The notes under the pieces were generated by a model that saw only the letters and a list, made by a program, of their open reading frames with translations, ran no database searches and was not told where the DNA came from. A stretch of DNA of 56,802 nt, taken from assembly GCA_050012915.1 (NCBI GenBank), contig JBEKGG010000001.1:1-56802 (forward strand), given 5' to 3'. Origin of the DNA: Terriglobales bacterium (lineage in GTDB: Bacteria; Acidobacteriota; Terriglobia; Terriglobales; Acidobacteriaceae). Each line of letters opens with the position of its first letter. Position 1 is the stretch's first letter. Made by a program: the position numbers and the translations under genes. Below, piece after piece: positions 18,031 to 28,725 of the stretch.

Positions 18031-20568
18031 ATGAGTACGAAGCCCGTCAGCAAAGACCCAGTGAGCGAAAAAACCGCGACCGTCGTCCCCATGCCTGCAG
18101 AATCCGAATACCTTGCGAAAATTCGCCGTCAATATTTTGTTGGACCAATTCAATTAACCGGGACGGAAAGCGCGCTTTACGAACGACATCTCCTCTTCGA
18201 CAACATTGTCGATGTGACGCTCGCCGGCGCCAGAGAACGCTTTGAGGCGGTGGCTCATTCTGTCCGGGATGTCCTCTCGCAGCGGTGGATCTACACGGAT
18301 AAAACTTACGAACGCGCGAACCCCAAGCGTGTCTACTATCTCTCCATGGAGTTTCTTATTGGCCGGTCGCTGGCCAACAATGTCAACAACCTTCTCCTTG
18401 ATCCCATTCTGAGGGAAGCCGTCAAACAAAAGAACCTTGACTGGCTCGGAATCCTCGAGCAGGAGCCCGACGCGGGCCTGGGAAACGGTGGACTCGGGCG
18501 TCTGGCCGCGTGCTTTCTCGATTCGATGGCGACCATGCAACTGCCCGCCATGGGCTACGGCCTGCGTTATGAGTATGGCATTTTCAAGCAAACCATACAG
18601 GACGGCTGGCAGCGTGAGCAGCCGGACAACTGGCTGCATCGACCGGATCCCTGGGAGATCCGGCGGCGGAATGAGCACATCGAAATCAAACTGAATTGCT
18701 CGTTCGAAATGCATGGGGGCAGTTTGCATGCGAAGGAAGACCGTCCGTCGACTTTGCTGGGAATTCCGTTCGATCGGCCGGTCGTGGGTTATGGTGGCAA
18801 GAACATCAATACGCTGCGGCTTTGGGGTGCGGTTGCCTCCGACTACTTCGATTTTCAGGAATTCAGCAGCGGCGATTTCGTCGCAGCGCTGGCCCAGACC
18901 CTCGAGGCCGAGTCGCTTACTCGCGTGCTCTATCCCGACGACTCCACGGCACAAGGGAAAGCTTTGCGTTTTGTGCAGGAATATTTTCTGGTCGCGTGCT
19001 CTTTGGGCGATCTGTTGCGCCGCTTCCGGGGCGAGAATTCGGATTGGAACGCGCTTCCGGAAAAAGTCGCCATTCAACTCAACGACACGCACCCGACCCT
19101 GGCCGTCCCTGAATTAATGCGGGTGTTGATGGATGACGAACACCTGGGCTGGGATCAGGCGTGGAACATTACCAACAACACTTTGGCGTATACCAATCAC
19201 ACGCTACTGCCTGAGGCTCTGGAGAAGTGGCCGGTAGCGTGGTTCCAGAAGATAATCCCGCGTCACCTCGAGATCATCTACGAGATCAACCGGCGTTTAC
19301 TGGATGCCGTGCGGACGCGCTTTCCCGGCGATGAGGGCCGAGTCGAGCGCGTGAGCCTGATCGAGGAAGGCCCCGTCAAGCAGGTTCGCATGGCCCATCT
19401 CGCAATCGTTGGTTCGCATAGCACCAACGGTGTGGCCGAGATTCACTCCAAGTTGCTGCGCACCGTGACGGTTAAGGATCTCGCGGAGGTTTTCCCCGAG
19501 CGTTTCAACAACAAAACGAACGGCGTGACGCCGCGACGATGGTTGCAGCTGGCGAATCCGCCGCTGTCGCGGACCATTACGGAAGCCATTGGCGAAGGAT
19601 GGATCACGGACTTGAGCCAACTGAAAAAGCTCAAGCCGCTGGCTGACGATAAGAATCTTCATGCAGCTTTTCTGAAAGCCAAGCGCGAGGCTAAGCTTCA
19701 GTTTGCCGATTGGGTCAAGGCGACATCGGGACAGGTCGTAGACCCGGACACCATTATTGATTGTCAAATCAAGCGCATTCACGAATACAAACGGCAACTT
19801 CTGAATGCACTTCGCATCGTGGTGCTCTACAATCGGCTCCGCGAAAACCCCGACCTGAAGATGCCTCCGCGAACCTTTATTTTCTCGGGCAAAGCTGCGC
19901 CGGCGTACCGATTGGCAAAGCTAATCATTAAGTTCATTAACAATCTGGCAGGTACTGTCGACGGTGATCCCATAGTGCGAGGCCGGCTCAAAGTTTTGTT
20001 CCTGCCCGAATACAACGTCTCGCTGGCAGAGAAAACTATTCCCGCCAGCGATGTCTCCAACCAGATCTCAACCGCGGGATACGAAGCTAGCGGCACCAGC
20101 AACATGAAGTTCATGATGAATGGCGCGCTGACCATCGGTACGCGCGACGGGGCGACCATCGAGATGGCGCAGGAAGCCGGGGAAGAGAATTTCTTTTTGT
20201 TTGGCCTCACCGCGCAGCAAGTGGAGGACAGCAAGGGCTGGTACGATCCCCGCTGGCACTATGAACATGAGCCGGAAACCCGCGCGGCTCTGGACCTGAT
20301 CTTCTCCGATTATTTCAGTCGTTACGAGCCTGGAATCTTTGAGCCCTTGCGCGATACGCTTCTGAATAGCGACCACTACATGCATCTGGCGGACCTCAAA
20401 TCCTATCTCGAGGCCGACCAGAGACTCCTCGACTCATACGCCGACCCTCATGACTGGGCTCGTAAGGCAGTCCTGAATGTGGCGGGTTCGGGCAAGTTCT
20501 CCAGCGATCGCACCATTCACGAATATGCATCTGAGATCTGGAAGGTGAAACCATGTCCAGCGCTCTAG
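18031..20568 (+). CDS. glgP: Glycogen/maltodextrin phosphorylase
   Basis: EASGTSNMKFMMNGALTIGTRDGA pyridoxal-phosphate site. About 845 aa. The ATG at 18031 is preferred over the TTG at 18028. Confidence 0.95.
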   Translation: MSTKPVSKDPVSEKTATVVPMPAESEYLAKIRRQYFVGPIQLTGTESALYERHLLFDNIVDVTLAGARERFEAVAHSVRDVLSQRWIYTDKTYERANPKRVYYLSMEFLIGRSLANNVNNLLLDPILREAVKQKNLDWLGILEQEPDAGLGNGGLGRLAACFLDSMATMQLPAMGYGLRYEYGIFKQTIQDGWQREQPDNWLHRPDPWEIRRRNEHIEIKLNCSFEMHGGSLHAKEDRPSTLLGIPFDRPVVGYGGKNINTLRLWGAVASDYFDFQEFSSGDFVAALAQTLEAESLTRVLYPDDSTAQGKALRFVQEYFLVACSLGDLLRRFRGENSDWNALPEKVAIQLNDTHPTLAVPELMRVLMDDEHLGWDQAWNITNNTLAYTNHTLLPEALEKWPVAWFQKIIPRHLEIIYEINRRLLDAVRTRFPGDEGRVERVSLIEEGPVKQVRMAHLAIVGSHSTNGVAEIHSKLLRTVTVKDLAEVFPERFNNKTNGVTPRRWLQLANPPLSRTITEAIGEGWITDLSQLKKLKPLADDKNLHAAFLKAKREAKLQFADWVKATSGQVVDPDTIIDCQIKRIHEYKRQLLNALRIVVLYNRLRENPDLKMPPRTFIFSGKAAPAYRLAKLIIKFINNLAGTVDGDPIVRGRLKVLFLPEYNVSLAEKTIPASDVSNQISTAGYEASGTSNMKFMMNGALTIGTRDGATIEMAQEAGEENFFLFGLTAQQVEDSKGWYDPRWHYEHEPETRAALDLIFSDYFSRYEPGIFEPLRDTLLNSDHYMHLADLKSYLEADQRLLDSYADPHDWARKAVLNVAGSGKFSSDRTIHEYASEIWKVKPCPAL

Positions 20569-20644
20569 AAACTCATGCCAATTGGGCTGGACGCTTTTTA
20601 GTGATACGAGCTACCGCCGTTGCCCGCGATAAAAGGGCTGCATC

Positions 20645-21358
20645 ATGAATGTGCTGGTGATTGATGTCGGCGGAACTCACGTTAAAATTCTTGCTACCGG
20701 CCATGAAGCGGCACGGAAGTTTCCGTCCGGTCCGACTATGACCGCGCAACAAATGGTCTCAGGGGTCAAGCGGCTTGCGGGAACTTGGAAGTATGAGGCT
20801 GTCTCCATGGGTTATCCTGGGCCGGTTCTCCATAACCGGCCGGTCGCGGATCCGCATAACCTGGCAGCTGGGTGGATCGGGTTTGATTTTGAAGGCGCGT
20901 TCGGATGTCCCATCAAGGTCATTAATGATGCGGCCATGCAGGCCTTGGGAAGCTACAAGGGTGGGAAGATGCTTTTCCTGGGACTGGGCACGGGTCTTGG
21001 TTCAGCGTTAGTTGTAAATGGCATGGTCGAGCCGATGGAATTGGGGCATCTCCCGTATAAGAAGGCAACCTATGAGGATTACGTAGGCGACCAGGCATTC
21101 CAGGAACGCGGCAAGAAAAAGTGGCGGCGTGACGTAGCAGATGTAGTGGCACGTTTGATCGCCGCTCTAGAACCCGATGATGTCGTTCTGGGAGGCGGCA
21201 ATGTTAAGGAATTGAAAGAACTGCCTCCAAATTGCCGAGCGGGAAACAACGCCAATGCTTTTATCGGAGGGTTTCGCCTGTGGGAGCAAAGCGGAGATCA
21301 GCAGCCTCCCGTTCGCGCCGTGAGCGCTTCTGGTAAACGGGCGAGGCCAAAAAAATGA
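20645..21358 (+). CDS. ROK-family glucokinase (short, polyphosphate/ATP glucokinase-like)
   Basis: VIDVGGTHVK N-terminal phosphate-1 motif, then NDAAMQALG and LGLGTGLGSA motifs. Confidence 0.75.
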   Translation: MNVLVIDVGGTHVKILATGHEAARKFPSGPTMTAQQMVSGVKRLAGTWKYEAVSMGYPGPVLHNRPVADPHNLAAGWIGFDFEGAFGCPIKVINDAAMQALGSYKGGKMLFLGLGTGLGSALVVNGMVEPMELGHLPYKKATYEDYVGDQAFQERGKKKWRRDVADVVARLIAALEPDDVVLGGGNVKELKELPPNCRAGNNANAFIGGFRLWEQSGDQQPPVRAVSASGKRARPKK

Positions 21359-21429
21359 AATGTTTGCACTTCGGCGGACACCACGAAAAACCAGCAGAAC
21401 GGTCGAAGGCCAGGTAAGGGGAGATAACA

Positions 21430-22833
21430 ATGAATAACGCCGTACATTCAGACGCACTGGTCTTTTTCGGGGCGACAGGCGATCTTGCGTACAAGAAAAT
21501 CTTTCCCGCGCTGCAGGCGATGATCAAACGCGGTCATCTCGACGTGCCGGTCATCGGCGTCGCGAAAGCCGGCTGGAACCTGGACCAACTGCGTGCCAGA
21601 GCCAAAGACAGCCTGGAAAAACATGGAGGCGTCGATGCTGCGGCGTTCGGAAAGCTGAGCGGTTTGCTGCGCTATGTAGATGGCGACTATGCCGACCGCG
21701 CGACCTTCGATGCGCTTCGCAAAGAGCTAGGAGGAGCCCAGCATCCGGCACATTATCTGGCCATTCCGCCTCCGCTGTTTGGACCGGTTGCCGAACATCT
21801 GGCGAAATCCGGGTCCGCCCAAGGCGCTCGGGTCATTGTCGAGAAGCCTTTCGGAAGCGACCTGCAATCGGCGAAGGAACTCAACCGCATCCTGCAGGAA
21901 ACATTTCCGGAGACGAATATTTTCCGCATTGACCACTATCTTGGGAAGCGGCCGGTTCGCAACATGTTCTTGTTTCGCTTCGCCAACGCTTTCATGGAAT
22001 CGTTCTGGAATCGCACCTATATCGAAAGCGTGCAGATTACGATGGCGGAAGACTTCGGCGTCCAGGGACGAGGGGCTTTTTACGACGAAACCGGCACCAT
22101 TCGAGATGTCGTACAGAATCACCTCTTTCAAGTGCTATGCAACTTGGCGATGGAGCCTCCGGTCCGAACCGACAGCGAAGCGGTTCGCGACGAAAAGGTC
22201 AAGGTTCTCAAAGCAATGCCGCCGCTGGATGGAAAAAATCTTGTCCGCGGACAATTCAGGGGCTACCTCGATGAAAAGGGAGTGGCCGCGAATTCGCAAA
22301 CGGAGACTTTTGCGGCGTTGCAATTGGAAGTGAACTCCTGGCGCTGGCAAGGAGTTCCTTTCTATATCAGAGCGGGAAAAAATTTGCCGGTCGCGTGCAC
22401 TGAAGTTCTTGGCCGGTTCCGTAAACCTCCTGAGATATTGCCCGCGAGCGCACTAAAGCATAACCACATAAGGTTCCGCGTGAGCCCGGATGTTGCCATT
22501 GCCATGGGCATGACGGTGATGGCGCCGGGAGACGACATGAGCGGTATGACGACGGAGATGCTCGCGAGCAGCCACGCCAAAGTGGAGGATGACGCTTACG
22601 AGCGAGTACTGGGCGACGCTATGGAAGGCGACGCAACTTTATTTGCACGACAAGACTACGTGGAAGAAGCTTGGCGAATTGTGGATCCAGTGCTGAAAGC
22701 GCCGACGCCCGTTCATCAATATGAGCCAAAGACGTGGGGGCCGAGTGAGGCGCAGCGGGTCGCTCCCGCTGGAGGCTGGCACAACCCGACAGTTGCGCCT
22801 CCAGCAAAATCCGGCACCGTGCAAGCTGCCTGA
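21430..22833 (+). CDS. zwf: Glucose-6-phosphate 1-dehydrogenase
   Basis: FFGATGDLAYKKIFPAL, EKPFGSDLQSA and RIDHYLGKRPV motifs. Confidence 0.95.
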   Translation: MNNAVHSDALVFFGATGDLAYKKIFPALQAMIKRGHLDVPVIGVAKAGWNLDQLRARAKDSLEKHGGVDAAAFGKLSGLLRYVDGDYADRATFDALRKELGGAQHPAHYLAIPPPLFGPVAEHLAKSGSAQGARVIVEKPFGSDLQSAKELNRILQETFPETNIFRIDHYLGKRPVRNMFLFRFANAFMESFWNRTYIESVQITMAEDFGVQGRGAFYDETGTIRDVVQNHLFQVLCNLAMEPPVRTDSEAVRDEKVKVLKAMPPLDGKNLVRGQFRGYLDEKGVAANSQTETFAALQLEVNSWRWQGVPFYIRAGKNLPVACTEVLGRFRKPPEILPASALKHNHIRFRVSPDVAIAMGMTVMAPGDDMSGMTTEMLASSHAKVEDDAYERVLGDAMEGDATLFARQDYVEEAWRIVDPVLKAPTPVHQYEPKTWGPSEAQRVAPAGGWHNPTVAPPAKSGTVQAA

Positions 22834-22922
22834 GCCAGTTCAACGGATGCAAAGAAAAGTTGGACTTCAAGCCAACGAGCCAGTGGGTGCTGCGAAAAAT
22901 CGATTGGGGCAGGAAATGAAAT

Positions 22923-25028
22923 ATGAGTGTCGCGCTGGATCGGGCCGTAACGACAGATTCCGGAGTCTCACAAACGGCCGAAAATAAAAGCCGAAGCTCT
23001 CCCCTTGGAAGCACTATCTACAAAAATGGCGTCAACTTCAGCATTTTTTCTCGTGCTGCAACGGGAATGGAGTTGCTGCTGTTCGACCATGAAGATGACG
23101 CGCGGCCAGAGCGCATCATTCCCATAGATCCATCAACCAGGACTTACCACTACTGGCACATCTTTGTGCCCGGCCTGCAGTCAGGCCAAATTTATGGCTA
23201 TCGAGCGTACGGGCCCTCGGACCCTGCGAGCGGCATGCGCTTCGATTCGAGCAAGGTTCTTCTCGACCCGTACGGCAGAGGCGTGGTCGTGCCCAAGAAT
23301 TACAGTCGCGAAGCTGCGAAACAGGCGGGCGGAGATGCTGCGACCGCCATGAAGAGCCTTGTCGTGGATGTAAGCAAGTACGATTGGCAAGGCGACGCGC
23401 CGCTGCGGCGGCCGTCTTCGGAGACGATTATTTATGAGATGCATGTGCGAGGCTTTACCTGTGACCCGAGTTCCGCCGTTTCCGAAAAAACACGCGGCAC
23501 GTATATAGGATTGATCGACAAGATCCCGTACCTCCAGCAACTTGGCATCACCGCGGTTGAGCTGTTGCCCATCTTTCAATTTGATGCGCAGGATTGCCCG
23601 CCCGGGCTGGTCAATTATTGGGGCTACGCGCCGGTTTCTTTTTTTGCGCCGCATCAGGCATACAGCTCGCGTACGGACCGCATGGGTCCCGTCGATGAAT
23701 TTCGCGACATGGTGAAGGCGCTCCACAGGGCCGGCATCGAGGTCATCCTCGATGTTGTGTTCAACCATACAGCGGAGGGCGATCATACCGGACCGACCTT
23801 CAGCTTTCGTGGTCTCGACAACAGCCTCTATTACATTCTGGAAGAAAATCGCTCGCGCTACGCCAACTACAGTGGCACGGGAAACACGCTGAATGCGAAC
23901 AATGCGGTTGTCCGTCGCATGATCCTTGACAGCCTGCGCTACTGGGTTGAGGAGATGCACGTGGACGGGTTCCGTTTCGACCTTGCCTCCATCCTTGAGC
24001 GTGATGCGGACGGGCAGTTGCTGGCGAACCCGCCTGTGCTCTGGGACATTGAATCGGACCCCGCGCTCGCGGATACCAAGATCATCGCCGAGGCCTGGGA
24101 TGCGGCTGGCCTTTATCAGGTCGGAAGCTTCATCGGAGATAGTTGGAAGGAATGGAACAGCCGGTTCCGTGACGATGTGCGCAGCTTCATTCGTGGCGAT
24201 CGCGGTTCCGTGGGACGCGTCGCCGACCGGTTTCTGGGCAGCCCGGAGATCTATGGTCACAAGGAGCGCGAGGCTGAGCAGAGTGTCAACTTTGTGACGG
24301 CTCACGACGGCTTCACCATGAACGATCTCGTCTCTTACGATCGTAAACACAACGAGGCGAACGGAGAGAATAACGCCGATGGCGCTAACGATAACCGAAG
24401 CTGGAATTGCGGCGTCGAAGGCCCAACCGCTGATCCGGCTATTGAGCAGCTGCGAAATCGGCAGGTGAAGAACTTCCTGACTATCACGATGCTCTCGCTT
24501 GGCGTTCCCATGTTTGTCATGGGCGATGAAGTTCGACGGACGCAATTCGGCAACAACAACGCCTACTGCCAGGACAATAAAACTAGCTGGTTCGACTGGA
24601 GCCTGCTGAAGAAGCACGCCGACGTACACCGCTTCCTGAGCCTGCTGATCGAGCGGCGGTTGTTGCGAGACTTGGAAGCTGAGCTTCAAAGCAAAACTCT
24701 GCACCAGGTGCTGCAGTCAGCCACGAAAGCCTGGCACGGGGTGAAGCTGAACCAGCCGGATTGGGGCGACGACTCTCATAGCTTTGCCTTCAGCGCGGAA
24801 CTGCCCAAAGAGAATCTGCTTTTTCATCTGATCGCGAACGCTTACTGGGAGCCGCTTAATTTTGAATTGCCTCCAGTCAACGAGTGTCAGTGGCGACGAT
24901 GGATCGATACATCTCTTGATTCGCCGCAGGACATCGTTGCATGGCAATCCGCGCAGCCGGTCTCCGGCTGCAATTATCTGGCCGGATCTCGCTCGGTGGT
25001 TGTGCTCTACGCGAACACACCCCGCTAA
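22923..25028 (+). CDS. glgX: Glycogen debranching enzyme (GH13 isoamylase type)
   Basis: GH13 conserved regions (DVVFNHT, GFRFDLAS, EAWD, FVTAHDGF) and the N-terminal CBM48-like region typical of GlgX. Confidence 0.9.
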   Translation: MSVALDRAVTTDSGVSQTAENKSRSSPLGSTIYKNGVNFSIFSRAATGMELLLFDHEDDARPERIIPIDPSTRTYHYWHIFVPGLQSGQIYGYRAYGPSDPASGMRFDSSKVLLDPYGRGVVVPKNYSREAAKQAGGDAATAMKSLVVDVSKYDWQGDAPLRRPSSETIIYEMHVRGFTCDPSSAVSEKTRGTYIGLIDKIPYLQQLGITAVELLPIFQFDAQDCPPGLVNYWGYAPVSFFAPHQAYSSRTDRMGPVDEFRDMVKALHRAGIEVILDVVFNHTAEGDHTGPTFSFRGLDNSLYYILEENRSRYANYSGTGNTLNANNAVVRRMILDSLRYWVEEMHVDGFRFDLASILERDADGQLLANPPVLWDIESDPALADTKIIAEAWDAAGLYQVGSFIGDSWKEWNSRFRDDVRSFIRGDRGSVGRVADRFLGSPEIYGHKEREAEQSVNFVTAHDGFTMNDLVSYDRKHNEANGENNADGANDNRSWNCGVEGPTADPAIEQLRNRQVKNFLTITMLSLGVPMFVMGDEVRRTQFGNNNAYCQDNKTSWFDWSLLKKHADVHRFLSLLIERRLLRDLEAELQSKTLHQVLQSATKAWHGVKLNQPDWGDDSHSFAFSAELPKENLLFHLIANAYWEPLNFELPPVNECQWRRWIDTSLDSPQDIVAWQSAQPVSGCNYLAGSRSVVVLYANTPR

Positions 25029-25073
25029 GAGTCAATACGCCGCGAAACTAGTCGCCGCATACATTTCTGACTT

Positions 25074-25988
25074 ATGACGTACACCACTTTCACCGCCGAA
25101 GAACTCAATCGCCGCTTTGGGATCCCCGGACGCGTGCAGATTTTGGCAGACGAAGGCGGACTGCCCAAGATCCGGGTTACCGCGCCAGAGTCGAGCGGAG
25201 AAATACACCTGCACGGCGCGCAAGTAACTTCATGGCAGCCGGCTGACGCCGAAGAGGTAATTTTCTTGAGCCGCTGCGCTCGTTGGGAAGAAGGGAAGGC
25301 GATACGCGGTGGCATACCCGTTTGCTTTCCCTGGTTTCGAGCCAAAGCGGACGATCCCCACGCGCCCGCGCATGGTTTGGTTCGCACAAAAGTGTGGGCG
25401 CTCGAATCCATCGAGCACGATGCCGGCGGCGTCACCGTCAGCATGACTACCGAGAGCGATTCTGGGACACGAACGCTGTGGCCCGGTGATTTCCGCCTGC
25501 TCGAGCGTGCAACTTTTGGCAAGGAGCTGAAACTGGAATTCACAGTAAGCAACACCGGTGCTTCGTCGTTTCGCTTTGAAGAGGCGCTGCACACTTATTA
25601 TCGAGTGGGGGATGTCAGAAGAGTCTCCATTCGCGGACTGGATGGCGTCACCTACCTCGACAACACAGACTCGAACAAGCGGAAAAATCAGCAAGGCGAT
25701 GCCATGATAAGTTCCCCGACAGACAACGCTTACGTAAATACCGAAGGCTCGCTTCAACTTTTCGATCCTGCGCTCAATCGGCGGATTAAGATTGCCAAGC
25801 AGAATTCACGGACAACCGTGATTTGGAATCCTTGGGCAGAGGGTGCGCGGGCATTGTCAGATTTAGAAGAAGATACCTGGCAGCAGATGGTTTGCGTCGA
25901 AGCCAGCAATATTCTCGAAGATGCCGTCGATCTGGCTCCCAACGGTAATCACAAGATGGCCGTAACCATGGCCGTGTTTTCTCTGTGA
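25074..25988 (+). CDS. D-hexose-6-phosphate mutarotase (aldose 1-epimerase family, YeaD-like)
   Basis: IRGGIPVCFPWF, HGLVR and EEALHTYY blocks typical of YeaD-type epimerases. Confidence 0.8.
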   Translation: MTYTTFTAEELNRRFGIPGRVQILADEGGLPKIRVTAPESSGEIHLHGAQVTSWQPADAEEVIFLSRCARWEEGKAIRGGIPVCFPWFRAKADDPHAPAHGLVRTKVWALESIEHDAGGVTVSMTTESDSGTRTLWPGDFRLLERATFGKELKLEFTVSNTGASSFRFEEALHTYYRVGDVRRVSIRGLDGVTYLDNTDSNKRKNQQGDAMISSPTDNAYVNTEGSLQLFDPALNRRIKIAKQNSRTTVIWNPWAEGARALSDLEEDTWQQMVCVEASNILEDAVDLAPNGNHKMAVTMAVFSL

Positions 25989-26170
25989 GACGCCACGTGA
26001 AGAATGCGTTCACGATTGACGGTCACAATGTCGCCTCCGTGTTTCTCATCCTCAGCTTTCGCTACGCACCCTAAGTGAAATCGTGCGCAAGAGTTGAATA
26101 TAACGTTGGGCACTGAGCCAAGAATTGCACACTGGCAAAGTTACAGTTACCCATCCAAAAGTGGTAGTGT

Positions 26171-27538
26171 ATGACGCGAACGATGCCACGAGATACTGCC
26201 TTCGCGCGAATCGCAACCCAACCTATTGATGCGCTCACCAGTCCGTTCGTGCGGTTTGCGAAGATGGAGGCGGCCGGCGGCATTCTGCTGCTGGCCAGTA
26301 CGATCGCGGCCCTAGTCTGGGCCAACTCGCGTTGGGAGCAGAGTTACCAGGCGATCTGGCACGCGCAGGAATCGATCGGCTTTGGCCGGTTTTTTCTGTC
26401 CGAAAGCCGCCACGAGTGGATCAATGACGGTCTCATGTCCGTCTTTTTTTTTCTGGTGGGTCTGGAAATCAAGCGTGAACTTCTGATCGGAGAGTTATCT
26501 TCACTCCGGCAGGCAGCCTTTCCGTTCATCGCAGCACTGGGTGGGACGATTGTTCCAGCGCTCATTTACACCGTCGTCGCTCATGGCAGCGAGGGTGAAA
26601 AAGGGTGGGGCATTCCCATGGCGACCGACATTGCGTTTGCCCTGGGCGTTCTCGCATTACTTGGAAGTCGTGTGCCGGTGTCGCTCAAGATCTTCGTTAC
26701 CGCGCTCGCTATCGTGGACGACATTATTGCGGTACTGGTTATCGCGATTTTCTACACCGCGCACATTCAACTGTACAGCCTCGCGATAGCCCTTGCTTTG
26801 GTGGCTCTCTCATTCGTGGCCAATCTGCTGGGAATTCGCAAGCCGGCCGTATACGCTGTGATTGGTATTTTCGCCTGGTCCGCCGTGCTGCAGTCTGGCG
26901 TTCACGCCACTGTGGCTGGTGTTCTGCTCGCGTTTACCATTCCCGCCCGGACCTACCGCGATCGCGATCACTTCTTAAAGCGATGTCGCAGCCTGCTGGA
27001 CAGGTTTGAAGCAGCGCCTGCGAATTCACATGAAGCGCACGCGGCCATTCACACGCTGGAGACCGAGTGCGAACTGGTGGAATCGCCCCTGCACCGCATT
27101 GAGCATGCTCTTCAGCCCTGGGTAAGCTTTGTCATTATGCCAGTATTTGCGTTTGCCAACGCCGGAGTGCGGATTCTGGGTAACGTCTCGGCTGCGGCGC
27201 GACATCCGGTGAGCCTGGGCGTAGCGCTTGGTTTGTTCGTCGGAAAGCCAATCGGAATCTGGCTTTTTGCCCGATTGTCGGTGAGCACTCGTCTCGCCAC
27301 CCCGCCCCAGGAAATGTCCTGGGGAAAGATCTTTGGAGCCAGTTGGGTTTGTGGAATCGGCTTTACCATGTCGCTGTTCATCGCGACTTTGGCGTTTGGT
27401 GAAGGAGCACTGCTCAACATGTCGAAGATCGGCACGCTAGCCGCGTCTGTGGGAGCAGGAGTATGCGGCAGCGTTTTCTTGCTTCGCCGTGGCAAGAGAA
27501 GAGTTCCTCTTGTGGCGCATGCCGAATTGCCGACATAG
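26171..27538 (+). CDS. nhaA: Na+/H+ antiporter NhaA
   Basis: WINDGLMSVFFFLVGLEIKRE and ALAIVDDI motifs. About 12 TM helices. Confidence 0.9.
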   Translation: MTRTMPRDTAFARIATQPIDALTSPFVRFAKMEAAGGILLLASTIAALVWANSRWEQSYQAIWHAQESIGFGRFFLSESRHEWINDGLMSVFFFLVGLEIKRELLIGELSSLRQAAFPFIAALGGTIVPALIYTVVAHGSEGEKGWGIPMATDIAFALGVLALLGSRVPVSLKIFVTALAIVDDIIAVLVIAIFYTAHIQLYSLAIALALVALSFVANLLGIRKPAVYAVIGIFAWSAVLQSGVHATVAGVLLAFTIPARTYRDRDHFLKRCRSLLDRFEAAPANSHEAHAAIHTLETECELVESPLHRIEHALQPWVSFVIMPVFAFANAGVRILGNVSAAARHPVSLGVALGLFVGKPIGIWLFARLSVSTRLATPPQEMSWGKIFGASWVCGIGFTMSLFIATLAFGEGALLNMSKIGTLAASVGAGVCGSVFLLRRGKRRVPLVAHAELPT

Positions 27539-27553
27539 GCAGCGCGACAGCGA

Positions 27554-28375
27554 TCACGTTAGCCGCAATGTCAGCGAGGGCAGAGGCAGGCCTTCGACCT
27601 CGGCTGTCCAATGATCGCCTCGATCAATCAAATGGCCGGCGGTGAGTGTCCCTGAGCTCACGATTTCTCCGGCATGCAACGGTTCGTCTGGGAAACGTCG
27701 GACGATGGCTGCGCCGAGTTCCGCCAGGCACAAAGCTGGGTTCTTCAAACTATTCTTGCCGGATCCTTCTTCGACAAACTCCCCATTCTTCGACACACGC
27801 ACTTTAAGTCGAGCGAGTTCGTCCACTAGCGTGGCGATAGAATCAGGCCGCACGGATAACCGCTCTCCAATCACAAGCGCAGCGTGCAGTCCGAAAGATG
27901 CAACGAAGTCACTGGGCTGGAACTTCCATTCTGGAAAAGGACAATCGATGATTTCGAATCCCATTGCCAGCCATTCCGTCGCTGCGAGCGCGTCGGCAGG
28001 ACCAAGGCCTTCCGCAGTGATCGGGTGTTTCAGACCGAAAACAATCTCGGGCTCGATCTTTAGCGAACGGCGGTGCGGGAGCGTCAGCGCGGTTGAGTTG
28101 TTGTCGCTATAGTGCACGGTATTGTCGTACATGTGGGCCCAAACCAGGGTTTCCAGCTTGAGCACACGCCACATGGCCTTGTTGGCATAACCAACCTTGC
28201 GGCCAACAGTTCTATGTCCCGCAGCTTCGCGAGCGCGCCGGAGTGCGGCTTCCACCGCATAAGCGGCGTCGAGATCGAAACCAGGGCGTGCAGAGGGAAG
28301 AACGGGGACCATCTGGTCCGTCTGTTGTGCGGAAAGCAATTCCCGTGCCAGGTTTTCGGCGTCAATGAGCGGCAT
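27554..28375 (-). CDS. 2-keto-4-pentenoate hydratase / fumarylacetoacetate-hydrolase-fold hydratase family protein
   Basis: GRKVGYANKAMW...IEPEIVFGL pattern as in MhpD/HpcG-type hydratases. 273 aa. Confidence 0.65.
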   Translation of the reverse strand: MPLIDAENLARELLSAQQTDQMVPVLPSARPGFDLDAAYAVEAALRRAREAAGHRTVGRKVGYANKAMWRVLKLETLVWAHMYDNTVHYSDNNSTALTLPHRRSLKIEPEIVFGLKHPITAEGLGPADALAATEWLAMGFEIIDCPFPEWKFQPSDFVASFGLHAALVIGERLSVRPDSIATLVDELARLKVRVSKNGEFVEEGSGKNSLKNPALCLAELGAAIVRRFPDEPLHAGEIVSSGTLTAGHLIDRGDHWTAEVEGLPLPSLTLRLT

Positions 28376-28725
28376 AGATTAATTCGTCCTTCGTAGCGCG
28401 GATCGGGCAACCCGCGCAATTCGCCGTAGACTCGGTCCAGACGCTCTGCATCTTAGCACTCATTACTTCTGAACATGCAAGCCTTCGCGGCGGTTGAAAG
28501 TTAATGCCGGGCGAGTGCCTGCAGGTTTCTTGCGCAAGAATTCAACGTGCTCCAGCGAACGAGCCGAGCCCGCTGGCGACTCCTAATCTGACAACATTTC
28601 AAAGTTAGGCCACAATCGGGCCACTTTCAAAACGATAGTAACTTTATCTTCGTCGTTTCAGTGCAGTACCTTGGAAGACGGCTAATAAGTGCGACATGCC
28701 GCAGCTCGTCAGAAGGTGCGCCATA

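Noticed and set aside
18154-19092. 312-aa ORF antisense to glgP
   Set aside because: It is a shadow ORF within a well-supported phosphorylase gene, with no motif and no ribosome-binding site.
23181-24704. 507-aa ORF on the minus strand, antisense to glgX
   Set aside because: It lies entirely inside a confidently identified GH13 gene. Its translation is Arg/Ala/Val-rich with no recognisable motif. This is a typical shadow ORF of GC-rich coding DNA.
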